Below are positions 27,503-39,941 of a stretch of 64,000 nt of DNA, piece after piece. The stretch's first letter is position 1. Each line of letters begins with the position of its first letter. The DNA is taken from the NCBI RefSeq assembly GCF_030684315.1, contig NC_081365.1:39516985-39580984 (forward strand). The letters run 5' to 3'. Source of the DNA: Stegostoma tigrinum. Taxonomy: Eukaryota. The notes under the pieces are model-generated. The model was not told where the DNA came from and searched no databases. It was given only the letters and a program-made list of their open reading frames with translations. The position numbers and the translations under genes are program-made.

Positions 27503-28689
27503 AGAGAGGGGATTTACAGGGGTATTGAGATCCATGAGGAATATGGTCAGAATTGTTTAGAAGAAACAATGTCTACTTGTGAAAGCTCTTCGAATGGGAG
27601 GGCACAGATTTAAACTACTTGGCAAAAGATGCAAAAGTAGCAAGTAGAAAAATTTCATCATCAGAGTGGAATGCACTGCCTGAGTGTATCTTGAAGGTAG
27701 GTTCAATTGAGACATTCATGAGGGAATTAGGTAGTTATTTGAAAAGGGGCAATGTACATGGTTATGGGCAGAAAGTGGGAGAATTTTAATGGATGACTTG
27801 CTTATGCTGACAGACAGTGCAGCCACAAGGGGATGAATGGTCTTCTCCTGTGTTGGAATAATTCTTTGATTGTGTGATATTGCATGATTCTTTGAAATAG
27901 GAGTAATACTAGGATTTCTGGGCCAATGAGTTGTTAAAATATTGACTTGTTAAACACAACATTTGTGTTTGAAACAAATCTTCCCTTGATTTGTCACTTT
28001 AAGTTGTGCTTTTCCTTCTTCATTTTATATGTTGCTGAGGTCATTCAGTGATGTGTCATTAATAAATTAATCATACTGCTTGGTGTGCACTGCCTGATGC
28101 TTTTTCTCAGTATTGTGGTCACGGTTAAGAGCTACAATCACTTTTTCTTTATCCAACCTTGCTGCCTGGTGAAGAAATTGTACGATCATTAACTCCATCA
28201 CAATAAGCAGAGGCACAATTTCAGTCAAAGTCCAAATATTTTAAGAAAGGAGAAAATACACTATGAGAAAAAAAAATGTACACTATATGTACCACTGGGT
28301 CTGTGGAAAGACATTGCTAATGATGTTAATTGTGCCTTGCTTTCTGAATATTTATTTTCATCCTTCATAGAATTGAGTGCAGAAATACCCATCTATTCTG
28401 CTCATGTACTGTTTAGCTCATTACAGAATAGCTAAGAGTCAGCGCTTCATCTGAGCTGGAATTGGAAGCTGGGCTTTTTCAGATGAAATAGCTTGTGCTT
28501 TGTGAGCTAAAAGCTTGATATGACTCACTTGTGTCCTTATTTGAAGATCGCAACACACAGTTCCGACCTTGATGGATGGTGGTGAAGCAGACAGCACGCA
28601 AACTTTGCATTGCTTGATCATCCCCATGATTGTGGTATCGGTAGGGGCCAGTTTTCATGCAAGGTTAACGTGAATGCAGGCTTGCTTTA

Positions 28690-28940
28690 AAGCCAGTGAA
28701 GGAGCAGCAGCATCTGTGACTGTTTTTCACAATAAAGACCCTCATGCTATCTGAAAGAGCACTGGGATCCTTCATGAGAAAAAGTGAAGGTACGTGGCAA
28801 TTCTTTTTTCTGCAGAGGGGCTTAGCAGCTCAAGAAACATATAATCTGAAGGGAATGCAGATTGGCGCAGAGGCCAATGCAAGGAGAGTGGTGCAGAGAA
28901 TTTAGTTACAGGACCTGGTGGCCACAAGGTTTGCAGTATC
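28690..28940 (+). mobile_element. Possible Harbinger transposase C-terminal relic
   Basis: SVTVFHN ... LQDLVATRF resembles the xxLHN...R..LI..RF C-terminus; heavily decayed. Confidence 0.25.
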
Positions 28941-30888
28941 TGACACTGCTGAAACCATCCGGAATGACCGCAAATTCTTACTTTAGGCACCTTCTCAAAT
29001 TCCACTTCATTGTCAACCCACAGTCTCGTATAAATTACATGCTTCAGCAGTGGGACCATTTCACTTTATTTTTCAATATCACATCCTCTGACAAACCTTT
29101 TAATGTGCTTATGTGGGGGCAAAGTTTTTCATTTAAATACCAGTTCATCTGTGCATGTTTAAGATCTGGAGGTTCAGAATGGTGGTCTGACGCAACATAA
29201 CTAATAGACTCTGAATGAGAATGTGCCCTGCCATCATGCTTCCAGCACAAGTACAGGATGCCAACAGTGTGCCATCTTTTCGAACATGATGATTCATGTG
29301 TAATGTGCCAGAAGTCACTAGACACAGGCACCCAGTCATTGCCAGACTCCCGTAGTACTGAAACCCACAGCGTTGTGGAAACATAATTTGTAGTCTTTAC
29401 TGACTTTAAGGGATTTACTGATGGTTGATGGCATTTCAGCTTGCCATTGTTTAAACAAAGTACTTGAATATAGTCATTCTGCAAACTCAGTGAAATCTGC
29501 CTCATTTTACAAGGGAAAAGCACACTAAAAGTAGCTGTACCCAATCAGAGGATCAAAACTGGAATGATGCTCCATTTTGCTGATGTGTACCTTCTCACTT
29601 GCCATCCTCTCAAAAATCTGTGACAGAAATCAAACACCCTCTCATTTTCACTTTAACTTTGTAAGATAGAATTTTCAGCATTTATTCATAGAAAACATAA
29701 AGAACGTTTGTGAAATTTTAAATTATAAGCTGTACAAAATGGACCTATTAAGAATGAACTTGCCAGCGTAAGGCGGTTACTCAATATGCATATATAATAT
29801 ATAAAAAACAAATCTTAGGCATATAAAGCCAATCAAAAATGGCAACATCCAGAGATTATTTAATGACACATAATTCCCTAGATAGTAACTATTTTAATTT
29901 TCAATTTCTCCTGTCAACACTGTCCCTTGTGGACATGAAGGACTAACTTTAACTACCAGCAAAAAGTTTTGACCAATTTGAGACACGTACCTTAAATGGT
30001 TAATACCCTGTTAAAATTCACCAGTTCTAAGGGGACCAGGTCCAACTCTGCCCATTAGTACATAAAATTTTTAAATTGGGATTTGCTTAGTTGTGAAGGT
30101 AAAGTTGAGCCAGGTTAGGTCACAGCAACAATGGAGCTACTATCGCTTTCCCAATGGATAGACTAAGTCAAAATCTGTGCTCTATTTCAACTGTTGCAAC
30201 CCTCTGATATCTATTTGTTGTTGTTATTCTTTTGGAATGAACCAGGAAGACAAGTGTCAGCGGACTGCTTGACCAAAGGCATTGCAGTTATGTCTAATCT
30301 GTTTTTACCCACTGTGTACAGTGCTACAGGAAGAGCTGGAAACTGTAGATGTTTCCACTGCTAGATTGGAAAGGGACAGATGTAAAGGAACTGAGGGTGA
30401 TGTGATCTACACTACCATTAGTTATTTTGACTGGCTGTAGACATCTTCTATCAGATGGCATACCTTTGAAACTTTCTTTCTGGCAATTAGAAACCTGAAC
30501 AGATAGTGGTCCTTAGTTGTGCCATGTCCACAGATGGTTGTCCACACATTCTTTTTTTTTTCATTCTCTCAGGATGTTTACATCGCCGGCTAAGCCAGCA
30601 TTTATTTACCCTTTATAATTGCACAGAGGACACTTAAGAGTCAACTGTATTACGGTGGGTCTGGAGTTCAGACTAGACAAGAATGGCAGTTACCTTCCTC
30701 AAAAGACATTAGTGGAACAGATAGGTCATTCCAACAATTGATGGTTATACTTTTAATTCCATAATTTTCTTTTTTTTAAAATTCAAATTCCACCATCTGC
30801 AATGGTGTGATTTGATCCAACAATCCAGGTCATTTCCCAAATCTCTGGATTAATAGTCTGGCAATAAAACTAGTTGGCCTTTACTTCC

Positions 30889-31534
30889 GTGATAATGGGA
30901 ACTACAGATGCTGGAGAATCCAAGACAATAAAATGTGAGGCTGGGTGAACACAGCAGGCCCAGCAGCATCTCAGGAGCACAGGAGGGGACGAACTGGGCT
31001 GGTTTTGGGATGCGGTGGGGGAAGGGGAGATTTTGAAGCTGGTGAAGTCCACATTGATACCATTGGGCAACCCTGCAGCCCAATGGTATCAATGTGGACT
31101 TCACCAGCTTCAAAATCTCCCCTTCCCCCACCGCATCCCAAAACCAGCCCAGTTCGTCCCCTCCCCCCACTGCACCACACTGCATCCCAAAACCAGTCCA
31201 ACCTGTCTCTGCTTCCCTAACCTGTTCTTCCTCTCACCCATCCCTTCGTTCCACCCCAAGCCGCACCTCCATCTCCTACCTACTAACCTCATCCCACCTC
31301 GACCTGTCCGTCTTCCCTGGACTGACCTATCCCCTCCCTACCTTCCCACCTATACTTTCCTCTCCACCTATCTTCTTTTCTCTCCATCTTCGGTCCACCT
31401 CCCCCTCTCTCCTTATTTATTCCAGAACCCTCACCCCATCCCCCTCTCTGATGAAGGGTCTAGGCCCGAAACGTCAGCTTTTGTGCTCCTGAGATGCTGC
31501 TGGGCCTGCTGTGTTCATCCAGCCTCACATTTTA
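30889..31534. mobile_element. Young rearranged fold-back Penelope insertion
   Basis: Perfect TSD tggcctttacttcc at 30875-30888 and 31535-31548; 87-bp perfect inverted repeat inside. Confidence 0.93.
31448..31475 (+). ncRNA. Minimal hammerhead ribozyme motif (consensus copy)
   Basis: CTGATGA-a-gggtctaggccc-GAAA-cg-TC. Confidence 0.65.
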
Positions 31535-33209
31535 TGGCCTTTACTTCCCCTTAATGACTGCTGTTTGAACTTTAGCACTCTAATGCCAGCTCACATAGAC
31601 TTCCTTGACATGCCTTCTTTCATCTTAAAGCTCGACATTGTTCTTTGGAGTATTTAGAAAGCAATTGTCAATAATTTGTTTTGCATTGGTATGGAAGCTG
31701 GCAGAGGAGCCTGTAACCTTGCAACTGGTGTACTGCAACAAATGTTTCAAGCTCATTTTCCTACCCCATTGTCTAATCTTGTTTCGCTGAATTCTGGAGG
31801 CTGGTTGAAATTTACTTAAATGTTTGATCATTCTGCATGCAATATACCTGACTATGCACAAAAATTCCCCAATTGTAATAATACTAAACATTGCCAAAAA
31901 AGGTATAAACACTAAAAAGCTACTGAAAACAATGTAAACGAGAAAATAAAACTCTTCGATATCTCCCTTATGTCTGGTATAAACCTTAATAAAAATCAGA
32001 ATCCCTTCCTTATTACCATATTCCCCTAAAATAAGATTTATCTTTGAAAAATCTGCTTCCTCATGCATGGCAAAATAAATGCCATCAGAAAAGCTTAAAA
32101 AACATTCTGACTCCAACTGCACGCACATGCAAACTGTTACACGTAATACTGTCTCAGTAAAGGCTGGCTCTGAACTACAATTGCTTGAATAACTGAGCCA
32201 TCCTGCCCTTCATCACAACACATTTAAGGCCTTTAGCATGATGTATATTTTTAAAAAGTCTTGTCTCCTGCCATGTTCTGATAGTATCTTTCAGAAATAA
32301 ATTTTAAATTGCTTCTCTCCTATCTGCCAACAATATTAATATGCCTGAGGTCACAGGCTATATTCGACTGGTGAAAGTTATTTCACCCATGTCCAACAGT
32401 CTGCTTAGAGCCCGACGATCACCATTCCTTATTTCAGCATTAAACCAGCACTCTCAATTACATTACCAACATTGGCTATTTTTTGCATATAGAACTTCCA
32501 AATGTTTCTCTTCCCTATTGTTGTTGGCGTCGGTGAGATTTGAATGATGTGCTTCCATTGTACTTTTTCCCAGGCTTTTCACTCTCTTATATATTTGAAG
32601 AGGTGTTGTTTCAGCCACTTCATTTTAAGACTGAACGAATTAAAATGAATCTGGTTTCACACTGCAGTGAGAGTAAACAGCTCTGCATTATCTTCAAGGT
32701 TTGGACAAATACTTTGTATCCTAGTGACAAAACAACCGCTAAATATACAGTGTCCCCGACAATGCACTTTCCAGATACTGAATAACTAATTCTTCTCTGC
32801 TGATGCAGCAATTTAGTATAGCAGTTTTGACAAGTCCAATCCTGAGCACAAATTCTATGAAAGCATCGCATTGCTTTTCAGGGCTTGGTCTGTTAGGCTT
32901 TTAGAATATTACACTCTGCTTATTTCGTTATTTTTACACTTACAGGTACTCTAGATTTGGGGCATTGGCTGCAATAATTTCAACACATGGGAAGGGTTGA
33001 AAATGAAACCTTCATGAAAAAGTATTGATGTTCATCTTAAGTTTGAATTCAAGAACGGAAAATTACAAGAAGGTTCCTAAATCTTAAATGATTGCAATCA
33101 TGCAAAGAATGAAGTGAAGTTGTTTGAAGCAGAAGATAAGCTGGGCTTTCTCGCAAATTACTGCAAAACCAATGAAAACATATTTATACATTTCTTGTTC
33201 AAAGTTTAT

Positions 33210-33366
33210 CAATGACGTGGAGATGCCGGTGCCGTACTGCGATGGACAAAGTCAGAAGTCAAACAATATCAAGTTATAGTCCAACAGGTTTATTTGAAAT
33301 CAGAAGTTTTCAGAGCAGAGCCCCTTCTTCATCTGACGAAGGGACTATGCTATGGAAGCTTGTGAT
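33210..33366. mobile_element. Fold-back hammerhead-bearing element (family 4) in predicted CD101 3' UTR
   Basis: TSD ttcaaagtttat at 33198-33209 and 33367-33378; divergent decayed cores (CTGACGA...GAAgcTT on +; ATGAAGA...GAAAacTT on -). Confidence 0.7.
33289..33294 (-). promoter_or_regulatory. Candidate polyadenylation signal (AATAAA) for the CD101-like gene
   Basis: AATAAA on minus strand ~230 nt after the stop codon, inside the inserted element. Confidence 0.3.
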
Positions 33367-33525
33367 TTCAAAGTTTATAAAGTCTAGTTTATAGTAAAAT
33401 GAAAATTAATGTTCTGTTTGGTTGGCACCACTATGAATATTTCCCCACAAGTGATATCTTGCTGCCAATTAGGTCACAGTTCCCATAGCAACAATAGAGA
33501 GTTGCAAAGATAAAAAATTGAAGTG

Positions 33526-33743
33526 CTATTTTACATTTTCTTCTTCTTCACTCTTAGGATCGTCAATGAATGTTTCTATCGGTGTCCAAAAGCTCTTTTC
33601 ATTAATAGGTTTCTGTGGTTTCTTTGGCCTCAAATAAAAATAAAGTGCAACGATGATAAGAGCTATAATGACTATAAATGGATAGATAAATATGAAGTAG
33701 AAGAGAGAGGACGATGCACAAGCCTTTGAGTGAAGAGTAGCAC
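33526..33743 (-). CDS. CD101: CD101-like last coding exon: stalk, transmembrane helix, cytoplasmic tail
   Basis: tttctag|GT; GATLHSKACASSSLFYFIFIYPFIVIIALIIVALYFYLRPKKPQK...EEEENVK*; TAG at 33526-33528; LFYFxFxYPF-type TM start as in the EWI family. Confidence 0.92.
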
Positions 33744-33989
33744 CTAGAAAATAAAACAAAAACATGTTAGAAATGATAGTATTCTTTGAAACATTGGATA
33801 GTTTGAGCTCATATTTTCAATCTAAAAACGGAATCTGAACTTTAGGTAACTTTTTTCTAAGATAAGACCACAGCTCCAATCGGGCTTGGGGGGTACTGGA
33901 CTGGTGTGGGAAAGGGGGAAGAGAGTGTGGGGACGGCCTGGGGTGGAGTGGGACGAGGGTGGTGGAAGAAAGAAAGAACTAAAGAAAAA

Positions 33990-34356
33990 AGGGTGGTACT
34001 GGAGCTTAGTGGTTAGCACTGCTGCCTCACAGCACCAGGGACCCAGATTCAATTCCACCCTCGGGCCACTGTCTGTGTGGAGTTTGCACATTCTCCCCAT
34101 GTCGGTGTGGGTTTCTGCCAGGTGCTGTGGTTTCTTCCCACAATCCAAAGATGTGCAGATTAAGTAGAATGGCCATGCTAAATTGTCCATGGTGTGTGAA
34201 TTAGGTGGATTAGCCATGGGAAATGTAGGGTTACAGGGAAAGGTGAGGGTGGCGGGGGGGGGGGTGGTGGTTGGGCCTGGGTGGGATGCTCTTCAGAGGA
34301 GTGGTGTGGATTTTTTGGGCCAAATTGCCTGTTTCCAAACTGTAGGGATTCTATGA
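33990..34356 (+). mobile_element. HE1-type V-SINE
   Basis: tRNA head (agtggttagcactgctgcctcacagc...gattcaattcc), V-domain (tgtgtggagtttgcacattctcccc...tccaaagatgtgc), CR1-derived tail (cctgtttcc...ctgtagggattctatg). Confidence 0.9.
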
Positions 34357-37300
34357 TAACTTTAAGCTCCAATTCCAAGATTTTCAACTGTAGAGCAAAA
34401 AGCAATCAGAAAATAACTTGCATTAATAAGAAGAGTATGTGCCATTCAATGTGGGACTTATTCTAAAAATGAAGCCGGCTTTTCAGTTTAGTTGAAAGTC
34501 ATTCATGAAAATCCTCCTTGTCAGCAATCCCAAATAAGTATTTTGATAATACTGAAAATTTCGTATTCAAGTATTCAATTTATACACCATATTTTGTCTC
34601 CACATTCAGTTATGTCTCACACATACCATGTTCTAGTTTCATAACTAAACATTCTCATTAGTCTATGCATTTTAATCAATTACTAAATATTAAACATTAT
34701 TTCCATATTTCTATATTGAAATTTTCTTTAAGAATGCAAGTGTCTTTCTAACACTTTACCACATCCAAGTAATTATGTCTTTGAAGTTCCATTCCAGGAA
34801 TGGGAAGATGGGTGGCAGATCTCCTGATGTATTGTGTAAGAGGTACTAGTATTAGTGAGAGATTCCTAGATAACCCATAGCAGATGTGAGGCTAGATGTA
34901 TCAACTGAACAAGTGAATTGCTCCAGTTATTTCACATTCGTCGCTGGCCAGAAGAAGCCTTCGGCCTCCCCCAGCCCTAAATGCACTTCCAAACCTTCAG
35001 TCTCTAGTGACTATTGGCTTTGTCTGCAGACGACCCCAGTTGTGCCCTCTTGCCCCTTCTTTGTAGCTCCCTACTGTCAGACTATAAAAATAGGGAGTAT
35101 TGGGAAAACTATTAAAATGGGGGACTGTCATTAGGATCCACAAGGCGTTCATTTCTATATTTTCTTCATTTTTGCTGATCCTTGCTCAGGCTATAGCATA
35201 TTTGCTGATTGCCAAACCATCTAAAGGATCCTAAATGTTGCTGTGGGCTCTTTCAAGGGTGTCACAACAATAGTCAGAGCTCTATCAGTATGACCTTCAG
35301 GGACTGGTCATGTTGGTTGCTCATTGGAATCAATGACAGAGTAAGCACGAGCTCACAGCGGCTGCATGGTCCAACATGCTGAGAGAGTGCCAACAGCAAT
35401 ACCACTGCAGGGGTAAGTAGGTAAGAAGAAAATGCTTCTCAGGATGACTCATCATCTGCTACTAAACCACATCAGTCTAAAATCATAACCCAAGTGCAGC
35501 TATCATATATTATGACTTAAAGCTATTTGCATATGCAAAGTATGCATTTTTCATGTAGATTTGCTGCTTGAACTTTCCTTTGTTCTGTTGAATTTGCTTT
35601 GTGCTAAGGTCAAAGCTGCAAGGGAAGCTACGTATAAATACCGAAATGTATCAAAGTAATAAAGATCACAAAACAATCAACTGCACCAGGAAGGGAGTAT
35701 GATCTTCACTGTTTTAACCACAATGTAAAATCCAGCCATTGAATGATTAAAAAAAATATCTTCCTGATTTAAAATAACAGATGGGTAATAAATTGTTACA
35801 TCCATTCACTTCAGCTGAAATACACAGCAAATGTACTTTTCAAATACTGCTACCCTAAAAAAAATGACTTTATGGAGTTTTTGATATTCCATTACGTCCT
35901 ATTGAATTATATTTTCAGTAAAATCAGGACAGAGAGATAATTAAAGCAGACTGTGACTGCTCTAGTAATGATATATAGCATGTAATAAACAGCTCTTGGA
36001 ATCATTTTGTTCATTCCAGATGGTATTATGATAGAACAACTTAAATCATGAGGCAAAAGCCTACGAGAACAATAGACTATATGAGGTTTGTGTTATTAAA
36101 GCCCTGGTGCAACCTCAATGTTGACTACATTTCAATGTCTGTATATTATAAGTGATATATCACCAACAGGGTTATGTGGAGAGACCATTGTAGTGCAGTA
36201 GGTAGCAGCCCTGCCTCTGGACTCGTAGTTCAGGTTCAAATTCTTTTTCAGGACTTGATAGCCTAGTTTGGCAACTTCTAAGTTATTTTAATATGCTCCA
36301 GGCAGGTAGCAAGAGCAGGGCACACTCTTGCTCAGCTTGATGCTGGTGCTCCACAAGACCTAGTGTCTGGCAACAGGCCACTGGCCTATTCATGAAAATT
36401 CCAGCCATGGCAAGCATAAGTGAGCATGTGGTTTGTTTGCCTCATGTACCACTGCCAATGGAAAGAGTAAATAAGAATATGGCTACATACCAATGCAATC
36501 ACAATCAAATCCAGATGTAAACCAAGGAAAAGCTCACTTACTATTTTGCATTCATTTGAAAAGTTTATGATTTTGGTAAAATAAATTATTTTAAGGCTTT
36601 TTTTCAATTCAGAACTTTTACATGGAAATAGTAGTTATTTTTTAATCAGTATTTTAATTATTGTGTTAAAGAGTAAGACTATTGAAGAAAATGCTATGGC
36701 ATTCATGGAATTTGAGTTAAGTTTGAGGACTTTAACCCCAACAAAGAAATAATTTGTATAATTATTGCATTCTGCTTTATTTCAGAAGTTACTCAAAAAC
36801 TAATTAAATGCTTTAAGTTAGACATTGTTATTATTTAGGGACATTATTATTTAGGGACAGGACTTGTTTCAGTTTTTCAAGGACAATAAGAATGGGTAAT
36901 AACTGCTGACCTTGCCATTGATACTCCCATTCCATAAATAAATGAAAAAAAAAGAACAGTCCTGTACAAGCTTTAAAGTAACTCCATGTTTAACTTCTTA
37001 CATGAATGTTACCTAAGTACAGTACTGGAATAAAGCTCCGACCTGAGTCCACATCTCTTCATTGATTTCACCATTATCACTGGACTCAAATGAAATTCTA
37101 TTTTGTTGTTATTGCTGTGATTGACCCAAAAAAATCCCATTTCTTTTCCTCATGCAAAATCTTTATTTCCTTTCAATGATTCTCACATTCCTATAGGATT
37201 CTTTGATCAACCAAATTTGAATCCTGCCCCTCACCTGAAGTGACCTTAATAGCAACGCACCAGTGTTCGAGAGAGAATGTTAATTCTTGTCAGATAGGTG

Positions 37301-39230
37301 GTTCCACCTCTCATCTCAAGCTTCCAACCTTTATCTCTCTAATCAAATGTTCTTAATTGCAAGTATCAGTTATAAAGCAGACATCCTGCATTTCCTTCAT
37401 TTTCAGTTATGAAAGTACATTTTTTTGCTGGTGACAGTACTGATTGCTCTGCCAGTATTTTTATTTGTATTTTTCCAACGAAAGACAGTGAGTAAAGGAA
37501 AAGGAAAATGCATACATTTTAAAGACCTCGTTGCAGATCCTCTGAGCCGTAACCACATCGCAATAGCTCAACTGAGCCAGCGTATACTGACTAAACCCAG
37601 GAAGTCTGCAGCTGATTAGTTCATAACTGAGATTGAGCCAATTAGTTTTAAGTTTCTATGGGTAATTTTAGCTAAATGACCAACAGGAAACAGGCAGATT
37701 GATAGAAACAACCATTTCATTTAGAGTCATTGGGTTACATAGTAACACAGCATGGAAACAGGTCCTTCAGCTCAAACTGGTCCATGCTGACCATGGTGCC
37801 CACTCAGCTAGTTCCAATTGCCTGCATTTGATCCATATCCCTCTAAACTCTTCTCATCCACGTCCCTATCCAGATGTTTTTTAAAAGTCAATAAAAACTG
37901 TGGTGCTAAAGAAAGTAGCTACTGCAGCTTTCCCATCAGGAGAAGATAGTGGGAAGAGGAGTTGTGTCCACAAGAGTCCTGAACAGCTAGGATCTTTTTT
38001 TCCCTCACCTTTGTGGCCACGAGTAGCAGCAGTGCTCCTCTAGATTTCACAGAGAAAGTTTTTAGGCCTTTCCCTTCATGCAAGGTTCTCCCACCACCAA
38101 AACATTCCCTCACTTCCCAATTGTGGGATTCATTGTTGCAAAGTCCACAAGGCCAAATCTAGGTAATGGCAGGAACCTGGTATTGGTAGGACGTATTTGC
38201 TTTATTGTGTTTTCCATTGGCTTTCTGACAATTATTGGTGATAAGTCGGTAAGTGAAATTTATTAAAGACTCAGGAGTTCAAATAATCAGATTTCTGGGG
38301 TGAAATAAAATAAAAAAAAACTTCAAATCGCAGTGCTTCTCACCCATCCCAAATCAATTTCAAATCTTTTCATTCAGACTTATTATAGTCAGACGGAGTG
38401 TGTACCACACCTTATTCTGATTTCCATAGTGACTTTGGTCTGGCCTCCGGAAAGTACCTTCTACAACATAGTAAAACACACATTCTCTGCAGTCTGAGCA
38501 AGATCACTGAGTTAAAGCCAATTAACCACAAATTGAGAAACAGGAAAGAAAGTGGAGTTAAGACTACAACCTTATAAGCACTCACCTTATCAAATAGCAG
38601 CACAAGTACAAAGGGCCAAAATGACCTACTCATAGTTCTAATTTGTATGTGTGAAAAGTTCTGCACTTTGAGACCCCAGGCGTTTAGAACTGAACTGAGC
38701 CTGCCTGAATTGACTTCGTGTATGGCTTTTATATCCAGAAGATAGAGAAGTTTTTACCATTTAGAAATTGAACTAAATTAAAATCTAAATCCCTGAGATA
38801 AACGGCAGCTTCCTTCTACATTCCTCAATATATGTAGCATTGGTAATTATTAGAACAAGTTACTGTTGTCAATTTGCATTCTCTCTGAATCATATAGGCA
38901 TTTACTGCAGTGTTCTGGTCAAGTTTCAGAACGGAAACCTTCAGTTCCTTTCTACGTATTAGCTGTCTACTAGAATTAGAGAGATATAAAGATAATAGCT
39001 TCACACGCATCACCATAAGTAACTCATCTTTCTGATGATTGTGTTTGAGTCTAGTGTCAGTGGAGAGAAAGAAAGAAAGGTCAACATTTAATATACAATT
39101 AATCCAAAATCCCATTCTAATATTGGCATAACTTGCATCATTTCTATGCAGCCTGATTGAGAAACATATTCCAGGAGACATACTTCTGATCAAACAAGTT
39201 GGTTTCTGGTGAAATAGTTATATATATTAC

Positions 39231-39644
39231 CTGGTGTCTGAACTTGAAGAATTATTGATCCAGAGCGAGCATGTCCTTGTAGAACCCATTCATTCTGGGT
39301 GCCAGAGACCCATTCTTCCACATCACAGAAGTAAACACCATTGTCACTCTGCGCTGCCTTCTGTATTATCAATTTGTAGGTGTTACTGGAGGTCTTCACA
39401 CTTTGGAATTTCATCATTTTCTGAGGATCTACCTGCAGATCTCCAAAATATTGCAGGATATTATTTCGATCAGCTTTGAGAAGTGCTGTCTCCTTGGTGT
39501 TTGGATTATCATTTTGGAAGTACCATGTGACTGAAAATTGTGATTGTCTCTGTGTCTGGTTAATGATCTGGCATTCAAGTTCGACAGCAGTGTTCTCATT
39601 TATTGAGAGAGTTGAGTTATTGTTACTGATTTGTAGGTTTGCAT
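39231..39644 (-). CDS. CD101: CD101-like exon, IgV domain 7
   Basis: ctgcag|AT ... G|gtaata; 414 bp; ELECQII...FSVTWY...DNGVYFCDVEEW. Confidence 0.92.
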
Positions 39645-39753
39645 CTGCAGAAGCAATACAAGACAAAAAAATCATGAAACTTGCTTGGAAGTGAGGAAAA
39701 TCACAGTGCATTTTGGCGTTGAGCTCAGAGAAAATGTGCCAAGTAAATTGCAG

Positions 39754-39941
39754 GATAATAAAATGTGGGGCTGGATGAACACAGCAGGCCAAGCAGCATC
39801 TCAGGAGCACAAAAGCTGACGTTTCGGGCCTAGACCCAAGGGTCTTTTGTGCTCCTGAGATGCTGCTTGGCCTGCTGTGTTCATCCAGCCCCACATTTTA
39901 TTATCTTGGAATCTCCAGCATCTGCAGTTCCCATTATCCCC
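39754..39941. mobile_element. Young fold-back mini Penelope insertion
   Basis: Perfect TSD agtaaattgcag at 39742-39753 and 39942-39953; inverted arms. Confidence 0.93.

Noticed and set aside
31625-32128. 167-aa minus-strand ORF with a hydrophobic stretch
   Set aside because: No recognisable domain or splice structure; T-rich composition explains the hydrophobicity
33744-39230. An eighth Ig exon (which would favour IGSF3)
   Set aside because: No ORF with Ig Cys/Trp motifs found between D7 and the TM exon
39645-39894. N-terminal extension of ORF 39190-39894
   Set aside because: Intronic read-through into a Penelope hairpin; the true acceptor is at 39644
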